NCBI GenBank assembly: GCA_951406725.2
Contig: OX597817.1
Location: forward strand, 45,136,001-45,200,000
Reading direction: 5' to 3'
DNA length: 64,000 nucleotides
Source: Octopus vulgaris
Taxonomy: Eukaryota
This document shows positions 13,404 through 27,810 of the stretch, one piece after another. A program made the translations under genes and the position numbers. The notes under the pieces were generated by a model. The model was given only the letters and a program-made list of their open reading frames with translations. It made no database searches and had not been told where the DNA came from. Numbering within the stretch: position 1 is the first letter of the stretch; every line of letters starts with the position of its first letter.

Positions 13404-14561
13404 TTATACGCATATCATATGCAGATGTACTGTGGAGGAGGTGAACATCAGGAAATATATATCAGATAAATATAATTTAACGTATACTCTGCGAATATCA
13501 AAATTAATAGAGAACCACGCACCAATAACACCCACAACTTCTGTATTCTAGTATATTTTAATTCGTGATACATACATTGCATGCATCCAGGACATACCGT
13601 GTAACTACGTTTCATTTACCACATCACACAAATTTAAGGATATGAAACAATTCTGCACATCGGATCATCAAGTGACTAAGAATTTCATATAAAGAAAAAG
13701 AAATGTGGCTTATATGTACCTTAGAAATATTAATTAATTTCCATACACAGACATATTTAATAAATTTGTAATATGTATTGCCAGGAGGTGTGGCAATTAT
13801 GCCGTCCGACATATATCGGTGTGCATGCGTGCGTGTACATGTGTGCGTGCGAGTGCATGTGTGTGTGTGGGTGTGTTTGTATGTGTGCGTGTCTTTGTTT
13901 CTGTGTATAATAAGAAATAAGATGATATTGAGAGCAACTCATTTCAGTACTTCAATTTACAATGATTTCTTCATACTTTAGTACTCTCACTACCGTAGCA
14001 TTATGTAATAATGCGTGCAAATACTGATTTTTGTCCCTGCGACGTTCAGTTTAAACTTAATATAACATGCTGGATGAAATTCTTCAGATTTTCTATACGC
14101 GAATATTATTTTATACATAATTCTGAACAATCTTATCCGGCGTCTGGTTTTAAGATTAAAACAAATGGCACATAGAACGTAATCAATAGTTGCATGTATC
14201 ATTACATAATGTTGCAAGATTGGTTGTATTAAACTAAGATGGAAACACTGCAACTTGAAGTATTTAAATTACTTGTTTACTCCGTTCTTCTTATTTTTTT
14301 TATTATAAAAGCTCAATGAATACTTATAGAATTTTCAGACATGTGTATGGTGATCAGTGTAAACGATCCCATCATTACGTAATAGGATTCCAGATCAAGG
14401 AAACATATTAAAAAACAGAAAATTGTGCCTCGTTGAAGGAACAAAGCCACATAGTAGTGAATCTGGGATATAATGTCTGGGGAATTATATTCCGAGTATG
14501 AATATCTAGGTAGCATGTTTTTTGCATGTATGTCTTACCGCACAAAACACCCTCCCCAACA

Positions 14562-14593
<32 letters not shown>

Positions 14594-14616
14594 ATGTGTG
14601 TGTGTGTGTTTGTGCG

Positions 14617-14657
<41 letters not shown>

Positions 14658-14888
14658 GTGTGTTTGTATATGTATATACATAGAACAGGTTTATTTCATA
14701 ACTAATGATTATAAGGAAAAACGGAATATCAATAGAGAGAATATGAATATATATAAAATCTAAGGTGTAAAACGAATATGTATGGATATTTGACTAGGAG
14801 ATGCACAAATATAAAAAAATGGACGATGCGAAGAAATAATCAAAACGTCCGAAAATATTGAGATATACAGAAAGCAACATTATATATG

Positions 14889-14932
<44 letters not shown>

Positions 14933-15523
14933 AACTTACAGACAGTCACAAACTTACAGACACACACACATATATAAATATATGCATACTGGCATATACG
15001 CATACTTTGTGAAGTTTCTATATATGAATACATACTTGCTCCTTTATACGTATACGCGCTTGTGTTTGTGTTTATACAGATGAAGGCAGAGTGGGACGGA
15101 GAAAGAAAGGATTGAAGGCAGTGAAGATAAACCATTACCTGTGATTTCTTTCTCATATATTTCTCCTTTATTCAAATTCAAATTTGCCTTGGAAATGTTT
15201 CCTCTTTTGAATATCATTTCCCGCGTGGCAATGTAAGGTAGGGGATTAATTTTTTAATTTCATTTGCATTTGATTATTTATGTTCTCTTCCGAAAATAAA
15301 AATTACTAAAATTCATTTAACAGTTCTTTTCATTAAATATCTAATGTCTAATATCTAATATCTAAACTCCGATGTTCTATTTAGTGAATAGAATATCTAA
15401 AGAGAAATTTATTTATTAAATTGCAGTTAATTATTCATTAATTTTAAGTAATTATTACTTACTAGACAATTTTTTCTGTTCGATATTTCCACTTGTTTTC
15501 ATAATAAAGACGCAGATGTGTAG

Positions 15524-15677
15524 CTCTTTTACTCTTTTATTCTTCTACTTGTTTCAGTAATGTGACTGTAGCCATGCTGGAGCACCAACTTTAGTCGAGC
15601 AAATCGACCCCAGGACTCATTCTTTGTAAGCCTAGTACTTATGTTGGGGGAACAAACATAGATACACAAACAAACAA

Positions 15678-15744
<67 letters not shown>

Positions 15745-15873
15745 TACGACGGGCTTCTTTCAGTTTCCGTCTACCAAATCCACTCACAAGGCTTTGGTCG
15801 GCCCGAGGCTATAGTGAAAGACACTTGCCCATGTGGTTCGTAAGCAGGCTACTTGCCACACAGCCACTCCCAC
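15524..15873 (-). mobile_element. SINE family A, internally deleted
   Basis: Collinear with 163-560, with deletions. Confidence 0.85.
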
Positions 15874-15884
15874 GACTCAACATT

Positions 15885-16070
15885 TTGGTTTGAAATGTTG
15901 GCACAAGCGGGTAAGTGGGATTAAGTTGATTACGTCGATACCAATATGCCACTTGTCCTTATTTTCTCGTCACCGAAATAATGAAAGTAACGGCAACCTC
16001 GGTGGGATATGAACACAGAACGAAAAAACCGACGGCTAAACATTTTGGCTGGCATGATAGAAGATCTACT
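15885..16070 (-). mobile_element. SINE family B, degenerate
   Basis: Diverged match (GATTACGTCGATACCAAT..CACCGAAATAATGAAAG..ACCTCGGTGGGAT..GCTAAACATTTTG). Confidence 0.55.
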
Positions 16071-16074
16071 ATGA

Positions 16075-16144
<70 letters not shown>

Positions 16145-16720
16145 TATATACATATATATATATATTCGTTTTGTTTTTCGATGTATTTATTGCATAAGAC
16201 ATGATGATTTAGATGGTTATATTATCCTATATGTTTAAATCCGCTGATAGGTATAAAACGAACACCTATTTCTTGTAACCATGTAAATCCCAAGTTGTGT
16301 CGTTCGATTCATTATTTATCAGTAGATATTGAAACTTCACTTAGCTTATTTCAAAGCTTTCTCCAGGTTTTTCTGGGGGTTTTTTTTGTATCAAGATCTG
16401 ATCTCACATTTTAAAAATATACGTCACTGAATAGCGTGGGTTCCCTCTAATGAAACTACTTTTAGAGGAGTGTAACTATCAGTGCAATAATGTTGACATT
16501 AGTTAACATTGGAAAATGGTTTAATGCTAATTAAGTAATGAAGTGAGAAATGAAGATAAAGTAATTTTCTTAACAAAATCGATATTCCTGACCTATTTTA
16601 CTGTACAATCAATTTCATTATCTCCTGAAACACTTACTGAAATATTAATGACAATCAGTCATTCAAAATGTGCAACCATTCTTTATATGTATATTCCAAA
16701 AGTATTATATTGTGGTTGAA

Positions 16721-17134
16721 GGGCGGCGAGCTGGCAGAATCGTTAGAATGCCAGGCGAAATGCGGTATTTTGTCTGCCGCTACCTTCTGAGTTCAAATTC
16801 CGCCGAGGTCGACTTTGCTTTTCATCCTTTCGGGGTCGATTAAATAAGTACCAGCTACTCACTGGAGTCGATGTAATTGACTTAATCCGTTTGTCTGTCC
16901 TTGTTTGTCCCCTCTGTGTTTAGCCCCTTGTGGGTAGTAAAGAAATATGTATATCGTCTGCCATTACGTTCTGAGTTCAAATTCCGCCGAGGTCGACTTT
17001 GCTTTTCATTCTTTCGGGGGTCGATTAAATAATTACCAGTTACACACTGGGGTCGATGTAATCGACTCAATCCCTTTGTCTGTCTTTGTTTGTCCCTTCT
17101 ATATTTAGCCCCCTGTGGGCAATAAAGAAAAATG
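16721..17134 (+). mobile_element. SINE family B dimer (head plus two ~180-bp units) with TSD
   Basis: Head GGCGGCGAGCTGGCAGAATCGTTAG (A-box-like), GAGTTCAAATTCC (B-box-like), central GGTCGACTTTGCTTTTCATCCTTTCGGGGTCGATTAAATAAGTACC; TSD TATATTGTGGTTGA 16706-16719 / TATATTGCGATTGA 17135-17148. Confidence 0.88.
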
Positions 17135-17159
17135 TATATTGCGATTGACTTGATAAAAC

Positions 17160-18610
17160 AACTTATTATTTAATGGTGCAGATGAAATAATTGTAAAATC
17201 TAAATATATTTTGTAACGAATAGAAGCATTTTTAAAGATGTAATACATTTCGTGATTCTTGTCTTGTATATGATTGGATCTTCATATGTTATGTGTCTGA
17301 TTTGAAGCGAATACGTCGTGGAAGGGTCATTATAGCCATTTACACTTGTGCGAAGCTTATTGAATTTTCTAATCATTTTAATTTATTTCTTATCGTAACT
17401 AAATTATGTGACACATCTGCAACGTGTACACAGACATAGTGAATCTGTTCCTTATACTTGTAAGCGCTGAGAGGGGAAAGCTATTGTTTATAGGATGCTA
17501 TATTAGATCCTGTCGCGTTGTAAATGTCTGGTTATCGCAGGTGATATTTCAAGTAGTTAGAAAGATTGATGGCATTGAGATGACTACTATAACCAACGTT
17601 AGTTTTCGCAAGGCCAGTTTTGGCAAGGATGATGATAGGATTTATTAGTAAAGCATATTACTCAACCTCAGCCATCCTGAACGAGTTGATGCTGTGAATA
17701 CGACCTGAATTGTCGGTATGATGCAAATTTACATATGTTGCGTTGCTGGGTCAGAAAGAGCTTTATAACTTTTATAATTGGGACAAACTTCTGGATTCTA
17801 AGTATTTGATAAAGTTGGTGTGAAACGATGTAGGTGTTTTGTCAGCGTAGTGAATCTGTCCGTGAAGCTCAATGAATTTGAAAAGCATGCTTTCGACATT
17901 GTGTTTCAGTAAGGCTTTTGAAATTTCAGATTTCATCACTTCGGTTGGGAGTTGCAGAAACGGGGCAGAACTAACTGAGATACGTCCACAGTTAGATTTT
18001 TGTATTTATATCATTTTTGCGTGACTCTATTGCCAGTTATTTTCAAGACGATACTAATAAAAGCATATCCTTAGCATTTCATGGTCGGTATAATATTTAA
18101 AATACTATAATTATAGTGAAGCATTGGGTGTGTTGTTAATTTTGTCGATATTGATGATGTTAGGTAACTGCGTCCAAACTAAATCTGAAATAATATGAAG
18201 TTGGATGTTCAGAAAGCATGACTGCTTCCTGAATTATTTCTTTGTTAATATCGTCAAAGGCAAGATATGTATTTTCTGTCGATTTTGATCTCTTTAATGT
18301 ATCTAATCTTCAGCAAATGTTTTCAGATTTTTTATGTAATGTCGCAAAGTTTATATTTCGTGCGAAGAGCTGTGAAGCGTTTCTTTATAAAGGTAATAAT
18401 GACATTTTTTTTATTTATGTATGTTATTGCTATATGAATTACCATCCGTGCAACGTAGTACATATTCCTGGAGTATTTGTAAGTATTATTCTCAGATGTA
18501 CGTCTAAGAATCCTGGGGAGTCTGTAAGACACTTTTATTGGTGCTTAGAGCAAGCTTTCTTCGGGTATGTCGGTCGAATATTACCAGGAACAACAATTCT
18601 TTAATACTTT
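17160..18610 (-). pseudogene. Possible highly decayed Penelope-type RT region
   Basis: Only faint ordered echoes of PLE motifs (YLS*FCPVSATP, QKFVPIIKVIK, NITCDNQTF, PLSAL) with many stops. Confidence 0.25.
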
Positions 18611-18783
18611 TTCGTGGCTCTACCCATCTATCTGTGTGTCTGTCTCTACGTGCGTGTGTATGTGTCTGTGCCTGTATGTATGTATATGTGTATACGTATG
18701 CATATGAATTTACTTGGTGAAGAACGATGCAGGCACACTATACACTCACATACATAATTACATATGTGTGTGTGTGTGTGTGC

Positions 18784-18823
<40 letters not shown>

Positions 18824-19106
18824 AACTAAACGTATATATGCACAATTATATACCCATGCTAATAACAATAATTATGAGAATATTGGATAGGAAAGTATAG
18901 ACAGAAATATGTCACATGAGCATATGTAGATAGATTACTTCAATTTCGCAAATAATACATACTGTGGTGAGAGAATCAGCATTTGGAAGTTTTATGTTCG
19001 TGTGGTCAATGTCAAAACTTCATTTAACCTTTGAAACTTTAGGAAATTTTCGCTTGGCTCAGAAGCAGGCGTTTTACTATATAAATATCGAAACCAAAGC
19101 GATCGA

Positions 19107-19392
19107 ATGTTCCTTCTCGAGCCACGCCTGGCTCATAATGGGCCGGTTTCCCGGTTTCCGTGGCGTATAGGTTCCGCCGGGCCGTCGCAGGTGAGCTGCA
19201 AGATGCAGGAGGAAAGGGTGAGAGAAAGTTGTAGCAAAAGAGCCAACAGAAGTTTGCGATTTCCTTCTGCCGGAGCTGCGTGGAGCTTAGCTTTTTCGCT
19301 CATAGACACACACACTGCCCGGTCCGAGATTCGAACCCGCGTTCCCTCGACCACGTGTCCGCTGCTCTAACCACTAGGCCTTGTGCTTCCAC
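19107..19392 (-). mobile_element. tRNA-derived SINE (group C variant) with TSD
   Basis: Head GGAAGCACAAGGCCTAGTGGTTAGAGCAGCGG..GGGTTCGAATCTC; CCAAAGCGAT on both flanks. Confidence 0.82.
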
Positions 19393-21929
19393 AAGCCAAA
19401 GCGATAGACAGTCATGAATGTAAATATTGGATATCGTTTACTCTCGATGTTGAAATTGCTGATGAATCATTGGTTTGTCCTCTAATATTCGTATATTTGT
19501 ATACGTTTTATAATTCTCATACCCTTTCGCCATATCCCCCTGATATGCAATATATTACTTCATTTAGAGCTGCTTCATCTACACAGCTCTCTACCAACTT
19601 ATATTCTATAAGCAATTGTATGAATTTTTCTATAGCAATACCGATGACTTACTATTTAAGACAATTACTATTTAAGGCAGAGAGGATATATGAGACATGT
19701 GACGTATATTTCTTGATAGATGAGATGTACACGTTCATTCCTGTACGATGTACAGTTGTATGGTCTATAGCCTACAGTCAACCATACATATTCTCTAAAT
19801 TAAAAAAATATATATATATTTCCGAATTTTTATTTCCGGATAATCTGTAACTTGATACTGATTCCTTTTCAGTAACTAATGACTCCAATGAAGTCTTTCG
19901 TAAAATATTTTTCTATAGTTTATCTTTCTTTCTTTCTTTCTTTCTTTGCTAGCTTTCTTCCTTCTCTTCTTTTTTTCTTTCTTTCTTTCTATCTTTCTTT
20001 CTTCCTTTGTTTATTTGTTTCTGTGTTTGTTTCTTTCTTTCACACGCACATACACGCACTCACAGATAGACATGGACACACACATACATGCAAATACACA
20101 CGTACATATATCATTTACTTAATATATTACATTTTAAAGAAAATGTATTTCATCTTAAAAGAATACAGCATGAATGGATTTAATGCTGTACCGTCTACTA
20201 AAGAATGTTATCGCATATTGAAATGTGTACGCACACGTAGCGCTCATTAGAAAACAAAACTAACAAAGATTACTATTATAATGACCTTAGAAATATCTAC
20301 TGCTCCCCTCCAAAAAATATTTCATTAAATTAGTAAAGGTTACATTCAAATTAGAGACTGGAATACGTCTACACATCTTCAGATTGCAAATGTGAATAAT
20401 ATGAATGCTGTAATTATATGCCTGGTGTCATAAACAATATCAGCGCCATGAGTATTCTAGAGAAAATTAGACATCAGAAAACATCAAAGATATTTGATTT
20501 GGAAACTTAAAAGAACATAACACAACAACACATAGAGCTTTACATAAAATAGAAGTGAAAAATCTATAAGAAAAGATATTACATTTGTTGGAAATTTAAT
20601 TCGAAACTGTGAGAAAAGTCATCGAAGACTTATTGACAAAATACAATAATTTAACACTGACTTAAAAGGGATATGACAAATGTAATTAATAATATGTTTT
20701 GTGCATTCGTTGCTGAAGTGAAATAGAAAGAGGAAATGTTTTACAGAAATGAATAAACAGAGAGAAAGATACTAAGGATGTTACTACAATACGGTTTTAA
20801 TATACATTTGTCAGTCATATTCCTACACTTTTTGTGAAAGAAAAACACAGGCACAAATGGCCTATGCGTTCAAAAATTCCTATTATGCACAAAATGTCCG
20901 CAAGGAATCTATATTTCCACTAATCCAGATATTACTTAATAGTTATGCCGATATTTGACCATGTTCACAGCAACATCCATTATCTTTGAATGCAAATAAA
21001 TATGATACTTAGAATAATTATCGCTTTACTGCATTCTTCCGTACGAAGTTCATAATACCTGCTGTCATCTATAAATAATTTCATAAGGAACTGTGCATCC
21101 AGCAATTCAAAGGTCAGCCGCTTGCATCGTATCACTGGAGCTGAGCCATAACCCCAGCTGAAGCAAATATATTGTCAAAATTTATCTAACTATAATACAA
21201 GGGATATTATGTAATCACTGAAAGCAACAGCAGTAGTAGCACAACAGTTAAATAGATGAATGTTTGTTTGGCATTCACTTATGAGTCTGGGATCGATTGT
21301 GCATAAGCATGGAAGCATGATAAATGTGCTAAAATAGTGTCCATAATTTTGATTATATTAATATTAAATCAGATCATCTTAGCAAACGATGCAATATCAG
21401 CATGTTATTTCTGTTCTTCTTAAATACGAACATTTCAGTCAAACAAATTGACGTACATTACAGATAGAAAACAATACTTAAGCATCAATTAACTTGCACA
21501 AGACCTTATCGTTGTGATCGTGATGTAGTTGTGATACCAAGCAGTTCATTAACAAGGTAAATTCGATTGGCAATATTTCTTGCCAAAATCGAACTGCATT
21601 ACAGTGAAATCGAAAATGTACATTAAATATGACAAAATACTGTCCATATTCTTCAGTTTTAATCATGTTATTGTTCAATCCCAAAACCAACATGTTTAAA
21701 ATTACGTTCTTCTTGTATTTTATAAGCACAGCTCCACTCCGTTTTCTTTGAAGAACTAGATGTCGAAAACATTGGATCCGTCACCACTTATCTTTTGGAG
21801 AAATGGTGCTTAATTAAAACTGCATTGTATAACATTTTCGTTTTAATGGAGAGATTTAAATATTGTGTTTTTCTTTTTCTGACTCGCGACACGTTATATT
21901 ACAAATCCGTTGCTCATACATGTACAATG

Positions 21930-22110
21930 TGCAAAATTATCTTTCATTTGAATGTGGCCATGAAGGGGTACCGCCTTGAAGAATTTTAAGTCGAACGAAT
22001 CAACGTCGTTACGAATAATTGCATGTGAATTATATTTTAAGTTACCGGGATGTAAACAGACTAATACCGGTTATTAAGATGTGGTGGGGACAAGAGAGAA
22101 ACACACACAT
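21930..22110 (-). mobile_element. SINE family A, degenerate 3' half
   Basis: GTGGCCATG..ACCGCCTTGAAG..TAAGTTACCGGGATGTAAACA..GGTGGGGACAA. Confidence 0.6.
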
Positions 22111-22125
22111 TTACAATTTATATAT

Positions 22126-22178
<53 letters not shown>

Positions 22179-22234
22179 AGAAATCAAAAAAGGAAAATAC
22201 ACACACTTACATAGTTTAAAACTAATTTTTAATA

Positions 22235-22267
22235 TATCGACCGATTTCGCTATCGCTTTTCATGATA
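22235..22267 (-). ncRNA. Degenerate minimal hammerhead-like motif
   Basis: TATC-ATGAAAA-GC GATA GC-GAAA TCGG TC-GATA: stems I and II pair, GUC triplet present, core altered at positions 3 and 8. Confidence 0.4.
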
Positions 22268-22513
22268 TTATGTTTTACTTATTTGAATATATAATTTTTC
22301 TTAAGAAGTTTTGACCATGTTGTGTGTGATGATATTTACGAGTGAATGACATCACAAGTAGAAAAATAAGGGGAGGTAATTGGTTATCGTTATTGTTGTT
22401 ATTGTTGTGGGTAAGGGAAATAACTGTTCAGCTTTCGGTAATGGGAGGGGGATATATATATGTACAGATAAAAATAAGTTTCGAAAACATACATACATAA
22501 ATATATATATATG

Positions 22514-23429
<916 letters not shown>

Positions 23430-23604
23430 GTATTGGTTTATAGAAGATCCGAAGATTGGCAGGTAACGCTAAGTAAGTACTATGGAGAGACCGTAGTTAA
23501 ACTCTCGGTTCGATAGTGATACGAGTGACTTTAATGTGGGTCTTGTAGTAGCAAGCTTATATATATATATATGTATTGGACCAAAGAAATAACAAATCCA
23601 AGCC

Positions 23605-23919
23605 GGTGAGGAGTTTTCAAGGACATTTATAAGGAAAGAGATATAGATATCGTCTTACAGCTGTTTCTGGCAGATTATGGTTATCCCCTCATCAGAGGAA
23701 ATTTGAGATGGATAAAGAGAGGTGAATGTTTGAGTTCGAAATAAGGAATAATTGTGGAAAAGGAGGAGAAAGAGAATATAGTGGGAAATAAGAGAATGAA
23801 AGTAGGAATAAACTATAAAACATTGTAGTTGCATTTCCATTATTCGAGCAAACTGGTGTAAACAACTGTAAGACTGCATGTATATCTCTTTCCTTATAAA
23901 TGTCCTCAAACCTCCTCAC
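23605..23919. mobile_element. Fold-back element (~60-bp inverted arms), putative inverted Penelope pLTR pair
   Basis: Arms 23605-23666 and 23860-23919; hammerhead motif at the inner edge of the left arm. Confidence 0.7.
23652..23698 (-). ncRNA. Minimal type-I hammerhead ribozyme motif
   Basis: CTGATGA-GGGGATAACCATAATCTGCCA-GAAACAGCTGTA-AGAC: intact core, palindromic helix III ACAGCTGT, GUA triplet; stems I and II imperfect. Confidence 0.65.
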
Positions 23920-24178
23920 AGTCTGTGGTCATCTTCAAAGTAGAATAAGTGCTGAAACCTCCAAACTGCATTAATTATTAATAATGTAATGGAAATAACA
24001 TAAGCTACTTTATGCAACACTGTGAGACAGGTTCATTATAGTGCTCTGTCTTACTAGACGTGGAGTCATTGCTTTACAGAGGACAATGCGGGCGTCTAAT
24101 ATGTTTCTCACCAAATAAGATTCTGTCATTTATTTATGTTAATCATACACTGCATTCCCAATAGTAAAAAAGATAAAC

Positions 24179-24232
<54 letters not shown>

Positions 24233-24594
24233 AGAATAGGAAGTCGTAATGCATATTTTGAAGCCCCACGAGGAATTGTAGAGTTTTTTTCTTTCTTAAT
24301 AGTTCGTAATATTACGAAACGAATTCCATAAGTGTGTCTTTTTTCATTGACATTCTTTATCTTATCTAAATATCCACAGTCTCCATCAACATGATGTTTC
24401 TGTCCCAAAGCAAGCAATGTCTAAGATCGAAACACATTTTATGAAAACACTACAGCCTATATTGACTCTGGATTTAATACAGTGGTTTGGAGATGTATTT
24501 TTGCTTTTCATTTGGTTCAGTAATTCGACCATGTCCATGTTTTTGCACCACCTTATTCATACAATAAAATAATAATAAATTTTATTTAGGCAAA

Positions 24595-24710
24595 AAACCA
24601 GCACTTTTAAGGGATGACAAAGTTGATTACATCGATCCCAGTATTGAACATGTACTTATTTTATGGACCCCGAAACGTTGAATTGTAAAGTAAAACTCAG
24701 GGGAATTTTC
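24595..24710 (-). mobile_element. SINE family B, degenerate fragment
   Basis: GATTACATCGATCCCAGT..GTACTTATTTTATGGACCCCGAAA. Confidence 0.55.
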
Positions 24711-25252
24711 ATACTGTAAAATTATAAAATGAAATATGGATGAATGTGAATGACTTATCACATATGAATTGGCAGCCATTTTACATTAAGCACGAAAGCC
24801 AAAATATGAATATTAAACGAGCAGTTAGAGTAGCTGCGTGACTCCTTCCGCTCACAAGTACTAAGCTACCTTGTTTACACTTGCGTGTAGAATCACATTA
24901 AATTATAATGTATTTCATATAGTTCTCTATAACTATCGCAGCTATTATATTATAAATATTTTCTTCTTAAGAGTCATATAAATTTTAATATGTATATTTC
25001 ACTGATTATTATATTTTGATCATTCCGCAAACTCTATTATATTTTATATCTAATTTTTATTATATATGTTTATAGATTTACAAAAATTATTTATTGTCTA
25101 TGGTTGAAAAATATCTAATCGTTAATTGCATGTAAAAATTTAGTGTAGTAGTTGAATTGACCCAAAACAGAAACTATAGATACTACAGCGTAATTACCTA
25201 TCGTCACCAACATTCTGAGTTCCAGTAAATTTGAAGCTCTGCCATGAGTGAA

Positions 25253-25470
25253 AGAGCATCGCCTAATAGTTACTCACGATCAGATGATTATGGTTTCGAT
25301 TCCTGGAAATAGCGATGCGTTGTGTTTTTGTTTTACTTGAGCAAAACACTTCATCTTGCGTTACTTCCGACCTCACACTGTAAACAAGTAAACAAGTAAA
25401 CCTGCTACGGAGAGGCGTGCACTTCACAGGGTATGATGTGATCCTGACCTCTTAGAGAGCGTGGAAAAGG
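25253..25470 (+). mobile_element. SINE group C, degenerate
   Basis: GGTTTCGATTCCTGG..GCGTTGTGTT..CTTGAGCAAAACACTTCAT. Confidence 0.55.
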
Positions 25471-27248
25471 AGCATCTGGCCTTATGACTATTAAGTCGCG
25501 TGACAATAATGTCCAAGGACAGTTGATGTTGATAATGCAAGCGAGCGCGAAGAATTGCGCGTGAAGAATTGAGAAACAATTGCAAACGACAAGAGAGATT
25601 AAAATTTGAAGTTTCGACATTTCCTTTCATTATTCTTTATGAAATATTATCAAGAATACTTTGTGACGAAATAATTTGGAGGAAGTTGCAGTTACTGCCA
25701 GCTCTATTCTTCATTATGTCGGGCATTGTTTTCTGAACAATAACTAAATGAAAATTTCCGATAGCGATTCCAGTTTCAGCCGCATTTAGCCACGCCACTA
25801 ACATGCTAATGATATAGCCTTCGTCCTCTTCATTTACGAATTTCATCTACTCACATATTAATATCGCTACTCAAACATATGTTCAGATGTACATACACCG
25901 TCAGATGTACACACACACACACACACGCACACATGCACACATGCACACACAAATGCTGACCCACATACCGAAATATAGCATGCATTCATTAATTCAGTTT
26001 CACAAAGAAACATATAAATGTGATTTGTCATATAATTAAAATGCCAATTCTATTAATGAATTATAATACTGAAATGAGACGCTGTAAATATATCAATATT
26101 TCGACATTAATTTAAAGAACAATAAAATCGACCACAACGGGATTTCACACGTGCTGATGAATGCACGCAGCCATCGGAAAAAATCTATAGCAAATTATTG
26201 CTTTTCTTATAATTCTATTACATCGAGAGAGACACACACGTCAAAACAGTGAAAAAAAATATTTCTGGCAGAATATTATCCAATTTGTTATTCTTTTTGA
26301 CAAGTTCAAGGCCCCATATTTTTGGAGTATGATGCTATGACATCCTTTTGTTTCTTGTCGAATTGAAATGAATGTAAGTCTATCGAGAACTGCAAATACG
26401 TCATTCGCTTATTTGTGCCTGAGTTTACATTTTATTTTACGACGGCCATTGAATCTTCCTAGTATTTATATTTAAAAAAAAATGTCTGGCAGTTTGTCAT
26501 GCATTCCATTTCTTTCCTGAATCTACAAAACATTTCTTTTTCCATCGTTAGTTCAGTATTATTTTTGTTTACTGTAAAATAATCAAAATATTAAATCTGT
26601 TAATTCCATAGGGAAAACAAACTAGTTCATCGTTCTGCTTGGAATACATAAACATTCCCTCGAGTTATGAGATAACATTTCTAGTTGGTATTCATTGCAA
26701 ATGAATTTCATGAAAAAAGATTTTTCGTTGTCAACAAAAAACGTGTGTTGCAGTTGTCTGTGTCTATGGTGTACCTGAATTTAGTACATTAGCCCAACTA
26801 GGTCTTTGGCTATTTGACATCAGAATCTAGATATAAATTAAAAACAACTAAGCTATTTGTAAGTATGATATCAACTATATTCTAATCTAAAATGGTTTTA
26901 TATAAGTCTAAGAACTTACTGAGAACGTAAAGTAACGTATCCACGAATTAAGAGCAGAATGCCAATATTTAAAAATGGCAGAAGGATATGCAGCTAGGGG
27001 ATGGGTTCTCTCAATTTTATCGATTTTTATTTATTTTTCTTCTTTCATCTATCGAAAAGAATGATTCATGCTGGCCACGCTTGAGTCATATGATAAAGGT
27101 AAACAAAGAAATGTAACACATATTGTCAGTTACCTTACCGAAATTTCCAGTCCACCTGTTTTAGGGATGGGATAATGCACGTTGGAAGTCTACGTAATAT
27201 CTGTGCTATAGCTGATAACCGGAATGTTGTAATTCAATATTATATCAA

Positions 27249-27810
27249 AGGCAGCTAACGAGCAGATTCGATAACGCGCCTGATAAAATGTTTAGCGGTA
27301 TCTTGTCCGCGGTAAGCTGGCAGAAACGTTAGCACGCCGGGCGAAATGCTTAGCTGTATTCCGTCTGCCACTACGTTCTGAGTTCAAATTACGCCGAGGT
27401 CGACTTTGCCTTTCATCCTTTCGGCGTCGATTATATAAGTACCAGTTACGCACTGGGGTCGATATAATCGACTTAATCCGTTTGTCTGTCCTTGTTTGTC
27501 CTCTCTCTGTTTTAGCCCCTTGTGGGTAGTAAAGAAATAGGAATTTCGTCTGCCGCTACGTTCTGAGTTCAAATTCCGCCGAGGTCGACTTTGCCTTTCA
27601 TCCTTTCGGGGTCGATAAAATAAGTACCAGTTACGCACTGGAATCGATATAATAGACTTAATCCGTTTGTCTGTTGTTGTTTGTCAGCTCTGTGTTTAGC
27701 CCCTTGTGGGTAGTAAAGAAATAGGTATCTTGTCCGTCGTTATGTTATCAGATCATATTCCGTTGGGATCGATTTTGCCTTTCATTATTTCAGTGTAGAC
27801 AAAAGTAATA
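27249..27810 (+). mobile_element. Young SINE B dimer (27311-27723) inserted into an older SINE B copy
   Basis: Old head 27249-27309, young dimer, then the old body resumes; GGTATCTTGTCCG duplicated at 27297-27309 and 27724-27736. Confidence 0.8.

Noticed and set aside
20240-21800. Microsatellite-free block that might be a decayed transposase
   Set aside because: No recognisable motif in any frame; cannot be assigned without a search.
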